The notes under the pieces were generated by a model. The model did not search any database, was not told the DNA's origin, and saw only the letters and a list, made by a program, of their open reading frames with translations. A stretch of DNA of 64,000 nt from an uncultured Ruminiclostridium sp. (GTDB taxonomy: Bacteria > Bacillota > Clostridia > Oscillospirales > Ruminococcaceae). Within the stretch, counting starts at the first letter, position 1. Each line of letters starts with the position of its first letter. The stretch spans positions 41,436-105,435 of the forward strand of contig CALXBK010000003.1 of assembly GCA_944386545.1 (NCBI GenBank). Direction: 5' to 3'. Of this stretch, positions 9,943 through 20,200 are shown in pieces. The translations under genes were made by a program, and so were the position numbers.

Positions 9943-10380
9943 TTATTCTTCAAATAAGCCTTCGTCTGCGCTGTAAGCTTGTTCTCCCTCATGACCGTGC
10001 AGATTTGCTCCGACCATATCCCTGCCTCTTACCAGGTACTTGTCGCGCTCTGATTTTACCGCTTCGTCAAGAATCCTTTTGACCTCTCTCGGCTTTTTTA
10101 TTGATATGAGCTTCTTTTCGGGAGTGTCGCAATCCCTTGCGGTAACGGTAATCGTGCCGCAGCCAACCATGCGCTGACCGAGAGTAAAGGTCATGGTTTT
10201 ATCGGTTATCTTGTAAAGCTCGATTTCGTCCTCCTTTATATTCAAAAAGCCTATTTTGGTATAAAGCATATTATCCGTGAGAATGTATCTTGTAAAGGAT
10301 ATGGGCAAACCGAGTATACATTTTTTGCCCGTCCAGATTACGTTTCCGTAATCTCTTTGCAGTTTTGCCATATTAGCCAT
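9943..10380 (-). CDS. PH-domain (bPH/YdbS-like) protein
   Basis: The pattern ..YILTDNMLYTKIGFLNIKEDEIELYKITD..TFTLGQRMVGCGTITV is typical of bacterial PH-domain proteins. I set the start at MANMAKL, because the upstream part of the ORF contains a GC hairpin and no SD. Confidence 0.55.
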   Translation of the reverse strand: MANMAKLQRDYGNVIWTGKKCILGLPISFTRYILTDNMLYTKIGFLNIKEDEIELYKITDKTMTFTLGQRMVGCGTITVTARDCDTPEKKLISIKKPREVKRILDEAVKSERDKYLVRGRDMVGANLHGHEGEQAYSADEGLFEE

Positions 10381-10575
10381 GATTATTCCTTTCCGCAGGG
10401 CTTTTGCCCTGCTCTTTTTCATACCCTTATTTTATCACAACAGACGTGTTAAATCAAGATATTTTAAAAAATTTGTAAAGCCCCTGAGCTTTTGTGAGGT
10501 TGACATCGGTACGTTTTGCTTATATAATAGTATGTATCAAAAGCCATTAGGGTGTGCAAAAGAAAGGACATCACA

Positions 10576-11229
10576 ATGAGAATTTCCGCTTTACTTTTTG
10601 ATTTGGACGGGACGCTTTTAAATACAATAGACGACCTTGCAGACAGTGCAAATTATGTGCTTGATAAGCTCGGCTTTCCGCTTCACACGACACAGCAGTA
10701 CAAATATTTTGTCGGAAACGGCATACCGAAGCTGATAGAACGCTGTCTGCCCCATGATAAGCAAGAATATAAGGAGCAGGCGCTGAAGATGTTTATTGAG
10801 CATTATGCCTTGCACAGCGAGGACAAGACCGCACCCTACGACGGAATTAAGCCCATGCTTGAAAGGGCGTGCGAGATGGGCTTTAAGCTCGGAGTTATCA
10901 CCAACAAACAGCACAAAATAGCAAAAGAGGTGATAGCTCACTATTTCCCCGAAATTCGCTTTGATTATGTAAGAGGGCTTGACGACAGCATTAAGGCAAA
11001 GCCGGATCCCGCGGGTGCTCTTGAAGCGGCGGAAATGATGGGCGTCGCTCCCGAAAATGTGCTTTACATAGGGGACAGCTCAGTGGATATGCAGACGGCT
11101 GAAAACGCAGGCTTTACCTCCTGCGGGGTGCTGTGGGGCTTCCGTACAAGAGAGGAGCTTTGCGAAAGCGGCGCTGATTTTATAGTCAGCGCTCCCGATG
11201 AAATACTTAAGACAGCAGGTGAAATATGA
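10576..11229 (+). CDS. HAD-superfamily hydrolase (phosphoglycolate phosphatase-like)
   Basis: HAD motif I FDLDGTL, motif II ITNK and motif IV GDSSVD are present. The start was moved to the ATG preceded by AAGGA. Confidence 0.8.
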   Translation: MRISALLFDLDGTLLNTIDDLADSANYVLDKLGFPLHTTQQYKYFVGNGIPKLIERCLPHDKQEYKEQALKMFIEHYALHSEDKTAPYDGIKPMLERACEMGFKLGVITNKQHKIAKEVIAHYFPEIRFDYVRGLDDSIKAKPDPAGALEAAEMMGVAPENVLYIGDSSVDMQTAENAGFTSCGVLWGFRTREELCESGADFIVSAPDEILKTAGEI

Positions 11230-11735
11230 AAAAGCAATTTCTTGAAATAGGAAAAATAGTAGCCGTGCAAGGGCTTAAGGGGGAGGTGCGAGTTCAGTAT
11301 TACTGTGACAGCGCCGAGGTGATATGCGGCTTTGAAAGGCTCTTTTTGGGAAAGGAAAAGCAGGAGCTTGCCCTTGCAAGAGCCTATCCTCACAAGACGC
11401 TTGTAATACTCAAATTTAAAAATATAGATACCATAGAGCAGGCAAAGCCGCTTGTCGGAAAAATGCTGTATATGAACAGAGAGGACGCCGAGCTTAAGCA
11501 GGGCGTGTACTTTATACAGGATATAATCGGTCTTGAGGTAAGAAACGCCGATACAAGCGAGGTTTACGGCAAGGTAGAGGAAATTTATCAGAACGGTGCG
11601 GCAGACGTTTATTCCATAAGAACCGAGGACGGCAGACAGCTTATGTTCCCGTCAATCCCTCAGGTGCTTATCAAAACCGACATTGACGGCGGATATATTC
11701 TTATAAGACCGCTTGACGGACTTTTTGAGGTGTAA
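11226..11735 (+). CDS. rimM: 16S rRNA processing protein RimM
   Basis: Begins GKIVAVQGLKGEVRV and has a PRC-barrel C-terminus. It lies immediately upstream of trmD, which is the conserved order. Confidence 0.9.
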   Translation: MKKQFLEIGKIVAVQGLKGEVRVQYYCDSAEVICGFERLFLGKEKQELALARAYPHKTLVILKFKNIDTIEQAKPLVGKMLYMNREDAELKQGVYFIQDIIGLEVRNADTSEVYGKVEEIYQNGAADVYSIRTEDGRQLMFPSIPQVLIKTDIDGGYILIRPLDGLFEV

Positions 11736-11737
11736 AA

Positions 11738-12787
11738 ATGCGAATAGATATAGCAACGCTGTTTCCCGATATGTGCGAGGCGGTGCTCAGCGAGAGCATA
11801 GTAGGCAGAGCCAGAGCCGCAGGGCATATTGAGGTGCAATGCACCAACATAAGGGATTATGCCAACAACAAGCACAACCGCGTGGATGACAAGCCCTACG
11901 GCGGCGGCACGGGAATGGTAATGCAGGCACAGCCGATATACGACTGCATTACGGACATAAAAAACCGCACAAATTTAAAATCACGGCTTATATATGTTTC
12001 CCCAAAGGGCAAAATATTAACGCAACAGCTTGTCAGAGAGCTTTCGCAATGCGAACAGCTCATAATACTCTGCGGCCATTACGAGGGAGTTGACGACAGG
12101 GTGCTTGAGGAGCTTTGCGCTGAGGAAATCTCGGTGGGCGACTATGTGCTGACAGGCGGCGAGCTTCCCGCGCTTATCATTGCGGACAGCGTTGCAAGGC
12201 TTGTTCCGGGCGTCCTGCCCAATTCCGACGCATACAGTCTTGACAGTCACTACAACGGACTGCTCGAGCATCCTCAGTATTCCCGTCCCGAGGTGTGGAG
12301 GGGCAGAAAAGTACCCGAGGTACTGCTCAGCGGCGACCACGACAGCGTTCTTAAATGGCAGGAACAAGCCGCGTACGAAACAACGCTCAAAAAGCGTCCG
12401 GATTTGCTGTACAACCGCCGCAAAAACGGCAAGCCTTATGCAAAATACGTCAGAGTTACCGCCTTTGACAATAATAATACCGAGCATGAATTTCTCCCGT
12501 TTGTATTATTCACTTTAAAAAGCAGAAAGCTGACAAACAAGGACAAAAAGGATATAAAACGTCTGCTCCCGCTGATAGAAAGCCTTTGCAAAAAGTCCGC
12601 AAATGAGCTTGAAAACTGTAAAATCTATTATTTAAGCGAGGCGGCAGTGCCGATATTAGAGGCATTTGCACCTATTTTTGACATTTTTTCGTCACATTGC
12701 ATAAATTATCGTATGGAATTTTGCAACAACCCCCCTGCCTGTATTTATGAGGACGAATTGTACTACGCCGTTCCAAAAAATGAATAA
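11738..12787 (+). CDS. trmD: tRNA (guanine37-N1)-methyltransferase TrmD with a C-terminal extension of about 110 aa
   Basis: The TrmD core runs from MRIDIATLFPDM through DYVLTGGELPALI to LLSGDHDSVLKWQ and RPDLL, ending near residue 235. The ORF then continues for about 110 more residues of unrelated, AT-richer sequence. Confidence 0.88.
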   Translation: MRIDIATLFPDMCEAVLSESIVGRARAAGHIEVQCTNIRDYANNKHNRVDDKPYGGGTGMVMQAQPIYDCITDIKNRTNLKSRLIYVSPKGKILTQQLVRELSQCEQLIILCGHYEGVDDRVLEELCAEEISVGDYVLTGGELPALIIADSVARLVPGVLPNSDAYSLDSHYNGLLEHPQYSRPEVWRGRKVPEVLLSGDHDSVLKWQEQAAYETTLKKRPDLLYNRRKNGKPYAKYVRVTAFDNNNTEHEFLPFVLFTLKSRKLTNKDKKDIKRLLPLIESLCKKSANELENCKIYYLSEAAVPILEAFAPIFDIFSSHCINYRMEFCNNPPACIYEDELYYAVPKNE

Positions 12788-12994
12788 AATGCCTTGAAAA
12801 TATGTAAATTCCGACATTTTCCGACGTTTGAGATATAACACCGCCATGTAACCGTGTTGAAAACTCATGTCTATCTTGATTATTTTGTTGAAAGTTATTT
12901 GTGCTTTTTGCCTAAAAATTTAATTTTTGATTAAGACTTAATGAACAAAAGTACAGAATAACGGCAGAAAAATTGACAAAACGAAAAAACTTTG

Positions 12995-13023
12995 TTGACG
13001 AAATCAGCCCGTTTAGCTATACT
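12995..13023 (+). promoter_or_regulatory. Sigma-A promoter for ptsH
   Basis: TTGACG-17 nt-TATACT. Confidence 0.5.
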
Positions 13024-13107
13024 ATAGGTATAAGGCGAGCCGAGAAAATATTCGGTTGAGCTTGGCGGAAAAGGAAAAAGCAAACTATTTTACGGAGGTA
13101 GCTAATC

Positions 13108-13371
13108 ATGTTTGTAAAAGAAGTAAGCGTAAAGAATCAGGTTGGTCTTCACGCAAGACCTGCTACATTCTTCATCCAGAAGGCTAACGAATACAAGTCA
13201 TCCATCTGGGTTGAAAAGCAGGAAAGAAGAGTGAACGCAAAGAGCCTTTTAGGTATTCTTTCTCTCGGTATTGTCGGAGGAACTACTATCAGAATTATTG
13301 CTGACGGCTCTGACGAGCAGCTCGCAGTAGACGGACTCGTAAAGCTCGTTGAAAGCGGCTTTGCTGAATAA
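13108..13371 (+). CDS. ptsH: Phosphocarrier protein HPr
   Basis: Has the His15 motif GLHARPA and the Ser46 motif NAKSLLGILSLG, and is 87 aa long. Confidence 0.93.
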   Translation: MFVKEVSVKNQVGLHARPATFFIQKANEYKSSIWVEKQERRVNAKSLLGILSLGIVGGTTIRIIADGSDEQLAVDGLVKLVESGFAE

Positions 13372-13566
13372 TAAGACGCTTGCTTAATCAAGTATTGTAT
13401 ATCGAGAACAAAAGAAAACCATGACAAAGCGGCAGATTTGTGCCGTAGAAAAGTCGGGATTTTAAAATCTCCGACAATACAAAAAGAAAAAGACAAGCGG
13501 GGTTTTTGCCGACGGTAAAAATCCCGCAATATTTTTAAATTTACAGCGAAAGCCGAAAGGAAAACC

Positions 13567-14295
13567 ATGAAAAAGAAATTTACAGCCCTTTTTTTCTCTT
13601 TGCTTGCGGCAGTTCTTTTCACCGCCTGCAAGGCTGATTACTCGCACATTGAGGGCTATGACGATATTGTAAAGGCAAGAGAGCTTTATTCAGAGCTTTT
13701 TTCGGCGCATCTTACCGTCACCGACAAGCAGACGGATACGCTGACGCAGGAGCTTACCTTTATCTACAACTCCCAAAATCTCTCATACAGCTATTTCGGT
13801 ACGGACGGAAAGACGGAATACAACGAATATTACAACGATACACAGTACAGCTACACTTCTGACGGAAAATGGCTGACAATAAAAAGCGGTGAAGAAAACT
13901 ATCCCGTCTACTCCAAATCAAGCAGAATGTCCATGACCGACGAGGGTATGATTTTTCTTAAAGGCGAGAGCGTGACTGAGGCGACCGTCACAAACACCGA
14001 CGGCGGCAAGACCGTGAAATTTGTGTATGACGCGGCGGCGCTCAACGCCTCAATGGCAAATCAGCTCGGTCTTGTGGGAGAGCTTAAGAGCTTTGAAGTA
14101 ATCTACACGCTTGACAAAGACGGCTACTGCACCTCTATGGAGCAGATAGGCGTTGCCGAAAAGGACGACGCGGAAAGCAAGGTTGACTATCTGCTCGAAA
14201 TCGACCTTATGAACGATGTCGGAGAGATAGAGAAGCCGGAGGGATTAGAGAACGCTGCACAGGACGATACCGAAAGCAGGACGGAAAACGAATAA
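13567..14295 (+). CDS. Putative secreted lipoprotein of unknown function
   Basis: A signal peptide ends in the lipobox-like LFTAC. The protein has an acidic C-terminus. I recognised no family. Confidence 0.6.
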   Translation: MKKKFTALFFSLLAAVLFTACKADYSHIEGYDDIVKARELYSELFSAHLTVTDKQTDTLTQELTFIYNSQNLSYSYFGTDGKTEYNEYYNDTQYSYTSDGKWLTIKSGEENYPVYSKSSRMSMTDEGMIFLKGESVTEATVTNTDGGKTVKFVYDAAALNASMANQLGLVGELKSFEVIYTLDKDGYCTSMEQIGVAEKDDAESKVDYLLEIDLMNDVGEIEKPEGLENAAQDDTESRTENE

Positions 14296-14303
14296 ATATA
14301 AGA

Positions 14304-14337
14304 GGCGGAGAACAGTTAAAAATTTCTCCGCCTTTTT
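14304..14337. terminator. Bidirectional terminator hairpin
   Basis: GGCGGAGAA-11 nt-TTCTCCGCC is flanked by an A-rich stretch on the 5' side and T-runs on the 3' side. Confidence 0.6.
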
Positions 14338-14481
14338 ATTCAATAAGGGGCTTGCCCCGTCATTCAACGTGGCAAGCCGCAGCGAAGCTGCGATTCAGTT
14401 TCAGCCGGGGATTGAACCCCAACTGAAACTGAATATGGAATCCGCCGCCTTAGAGGCGGGGGACATCTTGCCTAAGTTATA
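14338..14481. repeat. 144-nt structured interspersed repeat, copy 1
   Basis: It matches 60916-61059 at 139 of 144 positions in direct orientation. It contains several nested hairpins. Its last 5 nt overlap the tsaD stop codon. Confidence 0.95.
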
Positions 14482-15484
14482 GTGTATGCAGCTTTCCCGT
14501 TGCAAAGCAATTTACCGACATATCCGAAGTATTTCCCGCAAGATATTCGTAATAGCCCTGACAGCCTATCATTGCCGCATTGTCGCCGCACAGCGAAATA
14601 TCCGGCATGAAAAATTCAAGACCGTGCTTTTTTGCCGCTTCGCTGAGCTTATCCCTGAGCTGAGAATTTGCCGCAACTCCTCCCGCAAGGGCGATTTTTT
14701 TATAGCCGAGATTAATCGCCGCCGAGATAAGCTTGTCGGTGAGAATAGAGGTTACGGTATCCTGAAAGCACGCCGCAAGGGAGTTTACATCGGTTTCCGT
14801 GCCCTTTTGCTCATTGTTGTGAAGCAGGTTTATTACCGCTGTTTTAAGTCCCGAAAAGCTGAAATCGTATTCATTTTTCGTATGGGGCTTTGGGAGCTTG
14901 TACCTGCTCTTGTCGCCCAGCCTTGCGGCTCTGTCGATATGCACGCCGCCCGGATAGCAAAAGCCCATTGCCCTTGCCGCCTTGTCAAAAGCCTCGCCTG
15001 CCGCATCGTCGGTGGTTCTGCCTACCGTTTCAAGCTCGGTATAGCTTTTTACCTTTACGATATGGCTGTGACCGCCCGATACCACAAGGCACAGATACGG
15101 CGGCTGCAAATCGGGGTGGGTGATGTAATTTGCCGCTATATGCCCCTTTATGTGATGTATCGCTATAAAAGGCTTATTTTGTGCGAGCGCCAGACCTTTT
15201 GCAAAGTTTACGCCCACAAGCAGTGCGCCGATAAGTCCCGGAGAATTTGTTGCCGCAAAGCCGTCAATATCCTCAAAGCCGAGCTTTGCCATTTCAAGAG
15301 CCTCCGAGGTAACTCCGACTATGTTTTCGCAATGTCTGCGTGAGGCTATTTCGGGGACAACACCGCCGTACAGCTTATGCTCGTTTATCTGTGTCGCGAT
15401 AACCGAGGACAGCACCGTTCTGCCGTCCTCGACGACAGCCGCCGCCGTTTCGTCACAGGAGCTTTCTATGGCTAAAATTTTCAT
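14477..15484 (-). CDS. tsaD: tRNA N6-adenosine threonylcarbamoyltransferase TsaD
   Basis: Starts MKILAIESSCDETAAAVV and carries the HHIKGHI metal-binding motif (the equivalent of the canonical HxxxH). Length 335 aa. Confidence 0.95.
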   Translation of the reverse strand: MKILAIESSCDETAAAVVEDGRTVLSSVIATQINEHKLYGGVVPEIASRRHCENIVGVTSEALEMAKLGFEDIDGFAATNSPGLIGALLVGVNFAKGLALAQNKPFIAIHHIKGHIAANYITHPDLQPPYLCLVVSGGHSHIVKVKSYTELETVGRTTDDAAGEAFDKAARAMGFCYPGGVHIDRAARLGDKSRYKLPKPHTKNEYDFSFSGLKTAVINLLHNNEQKGTETDVNSLAACFQDTVTSILTDKLISAAINLGYKKIALAGGVAANSQLRDKLSEAAKKHGLEFFMPDISLCGDNAAMIGCQGYYEYLAGNTSDMSVNCFATGKLHTL

Positions 15485-16524
15485 TCTTCCTCTGTTTCTT
15501 CCTCTGTTTCTTCTGCTGATTTTTCCTCGTAATAATCTATATCCTCGTCATACAGTCCGAAGCCAAGATCAGTCAGCTTTTTGGTATCTGCAAATCTGTA
15601 TTCTAAATTACAGTTAAAGGTGAGGGTAATAATTTCTTTGCCGTTATATTCAGCATAGCCGGCAAAGCAGAAGCCCGCTTCGTCCGTAAAGCCTATTTTC
15701 AGTCCGTATACATTATACGGAACTGTGGTGTCCTCAAGCAGTATGTTGCCGTTTTTCCAGCTGTGGGTATACCCCTGCTCGTCATAAACCACGGCAAGCG
15801 GCTGTGAGGTTATAGCTGTCATGGTGTCGCTTTTTGCCGCTTCTATCGAGATTTTGAGCATATCCATCGGCGTTGTATAGTGATTGTCGTTGTGATAGCC
15901 GTCGGGCACAACGAAATTAGAATTTGTTACACCGAGCTTCTTTGCATAATCATTCATAAGCACGGCAAAATACTCTACCGCCTCGGTATCGCTTATATCC
16001 TCGCCGTAAATTTTCCTCGCTACGTTTACCGCTATGCAGTATGCCGCGTCATTTCCCGACGGGGTGAGCATTGCGGTAAGGATTGCGTCTCTCTGATAGG
16101 TTTCGCCCCATGCTATCCACGCCATGCTGGAGTCGGGCTCGATAAGCCCTACCTCGCTTCCGACGGTATAGATATATTCGGGAGAGGTATAATTTATCGC
16201 TGTGAGTGCGGTTATCAGCTTTGTAAGGCTTGCGGGATAAACGCGCTCCTCGGCGTTTTTGGAATAGATTATCTCTTCTGCGGTAAGGTCATAGCATATC
16301 GCCGCATCACATTCTACAAAATCATCGCCGTAAACCACAGGCTCGGAGCTTTCTTCAGGCAGCGGGGTCTGCATAACCGTTGTCTGCTGAGTGGTACTCT
16401 GAGCATCGGAGGAAATATCAGAGCTATCCGTATCATTCCCCATTGTAAGGTCTACCGTACCGCACCCGCAAAGCATAAGCAACGGCAACAAGGCCGAAAA
16501 AGCGCGTACTATTTTTCTGCTCAT
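15481..16524 (-). CDS. D-alanyl-D-alanine carboxypeptidase (peptidase S11, low-molecular-weight PBP)
   Basis: Has a signal/lipobox LMLCGCG and the SxxK motif ASLTKLIT, with an S11-like layout and an acidic EETEEETEEE tail. Its stop overlaps the tsaD start. Confidence 0.8.
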   Translation of the reverse strand: MSRKIVRAFSALLPLLMLCGCGTVDLTMGNDTDSSDISSDAQSTTQQTTVMQTPLPEESSEPVVYGDDFVECDAAICYDLTAEEIIYSKNAEERVYPASLTKLITALTAINYTSPEYIYTVGSEVGLIEPDSSMAWIAWGETYQRDAILTAMLTPSGNDAAYCIAVNVARKIYGEDISDTEAVEYFAVLMNDYAKKLGVTNSNFVVPDGYHNDNHYTTPMDMLKISIEAAKSDTMTAITSQPLAVVYDEQGYTHSWKNGNILLEDTTVPYNVYGLKIGFTDEAGFCFAGYAEYNGKEIITLTFNCNLEYRFADTKKLTDLGFGLYDEDIDYYEEKSAEETEEETEEE

Positions 16525-17066
16525 TCTTCTTCCCCGTCTGAAGAATCGGGAGTAAAGTGAAGCTTTGCCGCCTGCTTTACCTTGTAGGGGAGATTTCCGA
16601 GTATCATCTGTGCCATGCGCTTGTCGGGATTGAAAATAAGCATGGTAAGACCGTGTGTATTATGCTTGCAGAGAAGATAGTAGTTGTTTACGCCCGTGCC
16701 GTCTGAGGCTATTACGGTAGCCTGTGCATTGTCGCCCTGTGTGCCGTCATAAAGTCCAAATTCCTCAGCAGTGTTCAGCTTTAAGGTGATAAGGCGTTTT
16801 CTTTTTCTCTTGCCTGATATTTTGTCAATGTCAAGGTCCTCGTTTGTAACTATGTATTCATACTCACAGCCAAACCCCGACATAAGCCATGCCAAGCCGA
16901 ATATAACGCCGACGGACAGCATTGTCAGCACCATAAAGCCCGTAAAGAACGACAGCCACATCAAAACCGTAGCGAGAGCAAGTCCGCCGAGAGCTATTGC
17001 TATTCTTTTAATCCAGTCTGCGCTTGTTGTTTCCTTTTTTACAAGCTGTTCTCCGAAAGTATCCAA
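16521..17066 (-). CDS. Membrane protein of unknown function (2 TM plus a soluble C-terminal domain)
   Basis: Two hydrophobic helices lie at about residues 20-65. It overlaps the downstream PBP gene by 4 nt (ATGA-type coupling). Confidence 0.55.
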   Translation of the reverse strand: MDTFGEQLVKKETTSADWIKRIAIALGGLALATVLMWLSFFTGFMVLTMLSVGVIFGLAWLMSGFGCEYEYIVTNEDLDIDKISGKRKRKRLITLKLNTAEEFGLYDGTQGDNAQATVIASDGTGVNNYYLLCKHNTHGLTMLIFNPDKRMAQMILGNLPYKVKQAAKLHFTPDSSDGEEE

Positions 17067-17190
17067 TGTTGCACCTCATTTATTATTTTATACAAGGATA
17101 AGCCCTTGCGTATTCTTATTAATTTTAACATATTTAAAGCGCTATTTCAAGGGTAATTTGATGAAAATTGTAAGGCGGCTCAATAGCTAT

Positions 17191-17221
17191 TGAGGCGGCT
17201 CAATAGCTTTGAGCCGCCTCA
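17191..17221 (-). terminator. Helicase-gene terminator with a duplicated arm
   Basis: TGAGGCGGCTCAA-tagct-TTGAGCCGCCTCA is a 13-bp stem. A second copy of AGGCGGCTCAATAGCT at 17173-17188 could form an alternative pairing. Confidence 0.6.
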
Positions 17222-17224
17222 GCT

Positions 17225-20200
17225 TTATTCTCCTAAAAGTCTGCAAAGCTTTTCAAGCTCTCCCGCGGGATTTTTCCACCAGTTACTGCTCCACATACGG
17301 TATACCCTCCAGCCTCTCGCTTCAAGGTATTTCTTTCTGTGGTAGTCGCGCTCCCTTGCCTTTTTACAGCCCTCGTACAGCTTGCTGTCGCACTCTATTC
17401 CGAGGATATATCTGCCGTCACGCTTTACGGCAAGGTCGATGCTGTAACCGCCTATTCCGACATTGCTGTCCACCTCATAGCCGCGCTGTACAAGCGCAGA
17501 GCGTATCTCGGCTTCAAGCTCTCCTGAAAGCTCTGTGGCCGCCGCCTTATCCTTTCCGTCGGTAAAGGAGAGCAGTACGCTCCTTGCGGTCTGCTTATCG
17601 CCGTTACTTATAGCAAAGGCATATTCGAGATACTTCTTTAAAATACGGGGACCGTCGTTTTTCATATCGTCCGTTTCAAGCTCGGAGGGGTTGAAGGATA
17701 CGACAATATGCACCTTTTTCTTTGCACGGCTCACCGCTACATTAAGACGGTTTTCGCCGCCCCTTTGGTTAAGCCAGCCAAAATTGCGCACAAGCTTTCC
17801 CTTTTCATTCTTTGCATAGCCGATAGAGAAGATTATTACATCTCTCTCGTCACCCTGTACGCTTTCGACATTCTTTACAAACATGCCTATATCCTCTCCG
17901 TCCTTGCGGCGGGCAACCTCTGCCGTTACCGCGGCGGCAAATTCAGCGTCCCTTGCACATTCTTCATCAATAAGGTCGTCTATAAGGTCGCGCTGATTTG
18001 AGTTGAAGGCGATAATACCGACTGTTTCGTTCTCACTGCGCTCTTTAAAGAATTGCTTCAGAAGCGTTACTATGTACTGCGCCTCTGCCATGTTGGTGCG
18101 GTTTTCCCAGACGGCGTTTTCGGTCTTATGCACCTCAATAGGCGGGCGCTTTGGCGTTTCGGTATTGGGAGAAACATACAGCCGTCCGCCGTAAAAGGCG
18201 TAATTTGAAAAGGCTATAAGCTCCTCGTATTTTGAACGGTAGTGGAAATTAAGCACTACATCCTTATATTTAAATCTTGCAAGGTCAAGCAGGCTCTCCT
18301 CCTCAAGTGCGGCATTTACCTCCTCGTCCTCGCCAAGCTCGGAGTCGTCAATTTCAAGCCTTCCCTGTCCGAGGGCGGAGGGACGGAGCTGTTTATGGTC
18401 GCCTGCGATGACTACCTTTTTACCGCGCAGGATAGAGGGCAGTCCCTTTTCGACATACATCTGAGAAGCCTCGTCAAATACCACTAAATCGAAAATTCCC
18501 GTCTGCAAGGGGATTATCTCCGATACCACCTCGGGGGTTAAAAGCCATATCTTCACGCTTCTGAAAAGCTCAAAATCAAACTTTCTGATAAACTTTGCAA
18601 CGCTCCACTTGCGCTTGCTTTCAAGCACACGCAGTATCTCTCCGTGTCGCTTAGAGGCGGTTATGCCGTTAAGCTCGCCGGACAGTATCCTGTCAAGCCT
18701 TGAGCGTGTAATTTTTTGCTTTTGGTCAATTTCCGCCGAGAGCTTTTCTATAATGGTATCGAACTCGTCAATACTGCGGATAAGCTCGCGGTTTTGCGCT
18801 TCAAACTGTCCTATGCGCTCATACATAAGGTGATTGAACAGCTCCGCATTTGCAACGGTAAAGGCGCAGGAAAGCCCGTTCTTTACATCAAGCACGGATT
18901 TGAGATAAATTTTCTGCTCGTCGCTAAGCGTATCGTAAAGCTGTTTGTTGTCACGGTATGCAAGATAAGAGCCTGTGCTTTTCTGCACCGCCTCCGCATT
19001 GCTTATAAGCAGCTCTCTTTCCGTCTTGCCGCCTTTGGTAAAATAGCGTGAAATTACCTCGTTTGCCGCTTTTTTAACCTTACCCTTGGTAAACAGCCTG
19101 ATAAAGATATTCTTTGCCTTCCATGCAGCTGCCTCGTTTTTTACTGTTTCAAGCGCAGCTTCAAGCTCTATCGTGTCAAATTCCGTCATATCGGGCTTGA
19201 ATGAAGAAAGCCATGGATATTCGGTATTTGCTTCAATGTAGCTTTGAAGGCGTTCGCCGTTTTTCTCGTTTGAAAAGACGTTTCTTGCTTCATACAGGGC
19301 GGGATATTTTACTCCCGACAGCAAGGCGTCACGCTTTTGCGCTATGAGGCGCGTTCTTGATTTTTGCTCCTCGTTTGTAAGATCCGGCTTGCGGCTGACA
19401 AGGTACATTTTGTACGGCTCGGTGCCGAGCTGTTCATCGTATGAATACAGCTTATCCGCTATTGTTCTGAGCCTTTGTACATCGCTGTCTATATCCTCGG
19501 AGAGCTTGTCGGTGCTTTCGGGCGTGCCCTGCGTTACATTGCCGAAGCCCACCATTTTTGAAAGCTGTTTATAAAACTGGTCCTTGTTTGACACGTCATC
19601 AATAAGCAGTGCGTACTGCGACAGCGTACCGAGCCTTGAATACACGACGTCAAGCGCAGTTTTCTTTTCGGATACCATCAGCACCGTCTTGTCGTTATTT
19701 ACAAATTCCGAGATAAGTCCCGTTATGGTCTGGGATTTTCCCGTGCCGGGAGGCCCCTGCATTACAAGCTCGTCAAGCTGCTCCGCCGCACACAGCACAG
19801 CCTCCTGCGAGCTGTTGAGGCTGTTTATGTAGGTAAGGTCCTTTTCGGATATTTCTCTGTCAAGGTCAAAGTCGCCCTGTTTTTGCACCTCAGGCTCGCT
19901 TTCTGCGTAAATGTCTATCTCGCCCGAATTTATCAGCAAATCGTTTAACAGCGTATTTATCCTGTTTGAAAGTATTATCCGGTCAAAATCCTTCTGAACG
20001 GAGCTTGAACGGATGGGGAATTTTCCGAGCACGGCGCAGGGCTCAAGGCACAGCCTGCCGGGGACAAGCTTGGGGAACTCGTCCGCCTTGTACTCGGTGA
20101 ATTTCTTCATCATTCTGTCGCCGTCCTCTATTGCAAGACCGTTCTCCTTATAGAACTCCAGAAGTGAAGTTATAAAGCTTTCACAGCTTATGTCATCGAC

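Noticed and set aside
14338-14481. tRNA or tRNA-derived element. The minus strand reads GGGGTTCAATCCCC (T-arm-like) with an outer GGCAAG/CTTGCC 'acceptor' stem.
   Set aside because: The T-loop is 6 nt rather than 7, and forcing a 7-nt loop leaves only 3 stem base pairs. The hairpin in the anticodon position has a 5-nt loop. The arm lengths do not fit a tRNA, and there is no D-arm. I also checked for integron attC ends (RYYYAAC/GTTRRRY), and they do not match.
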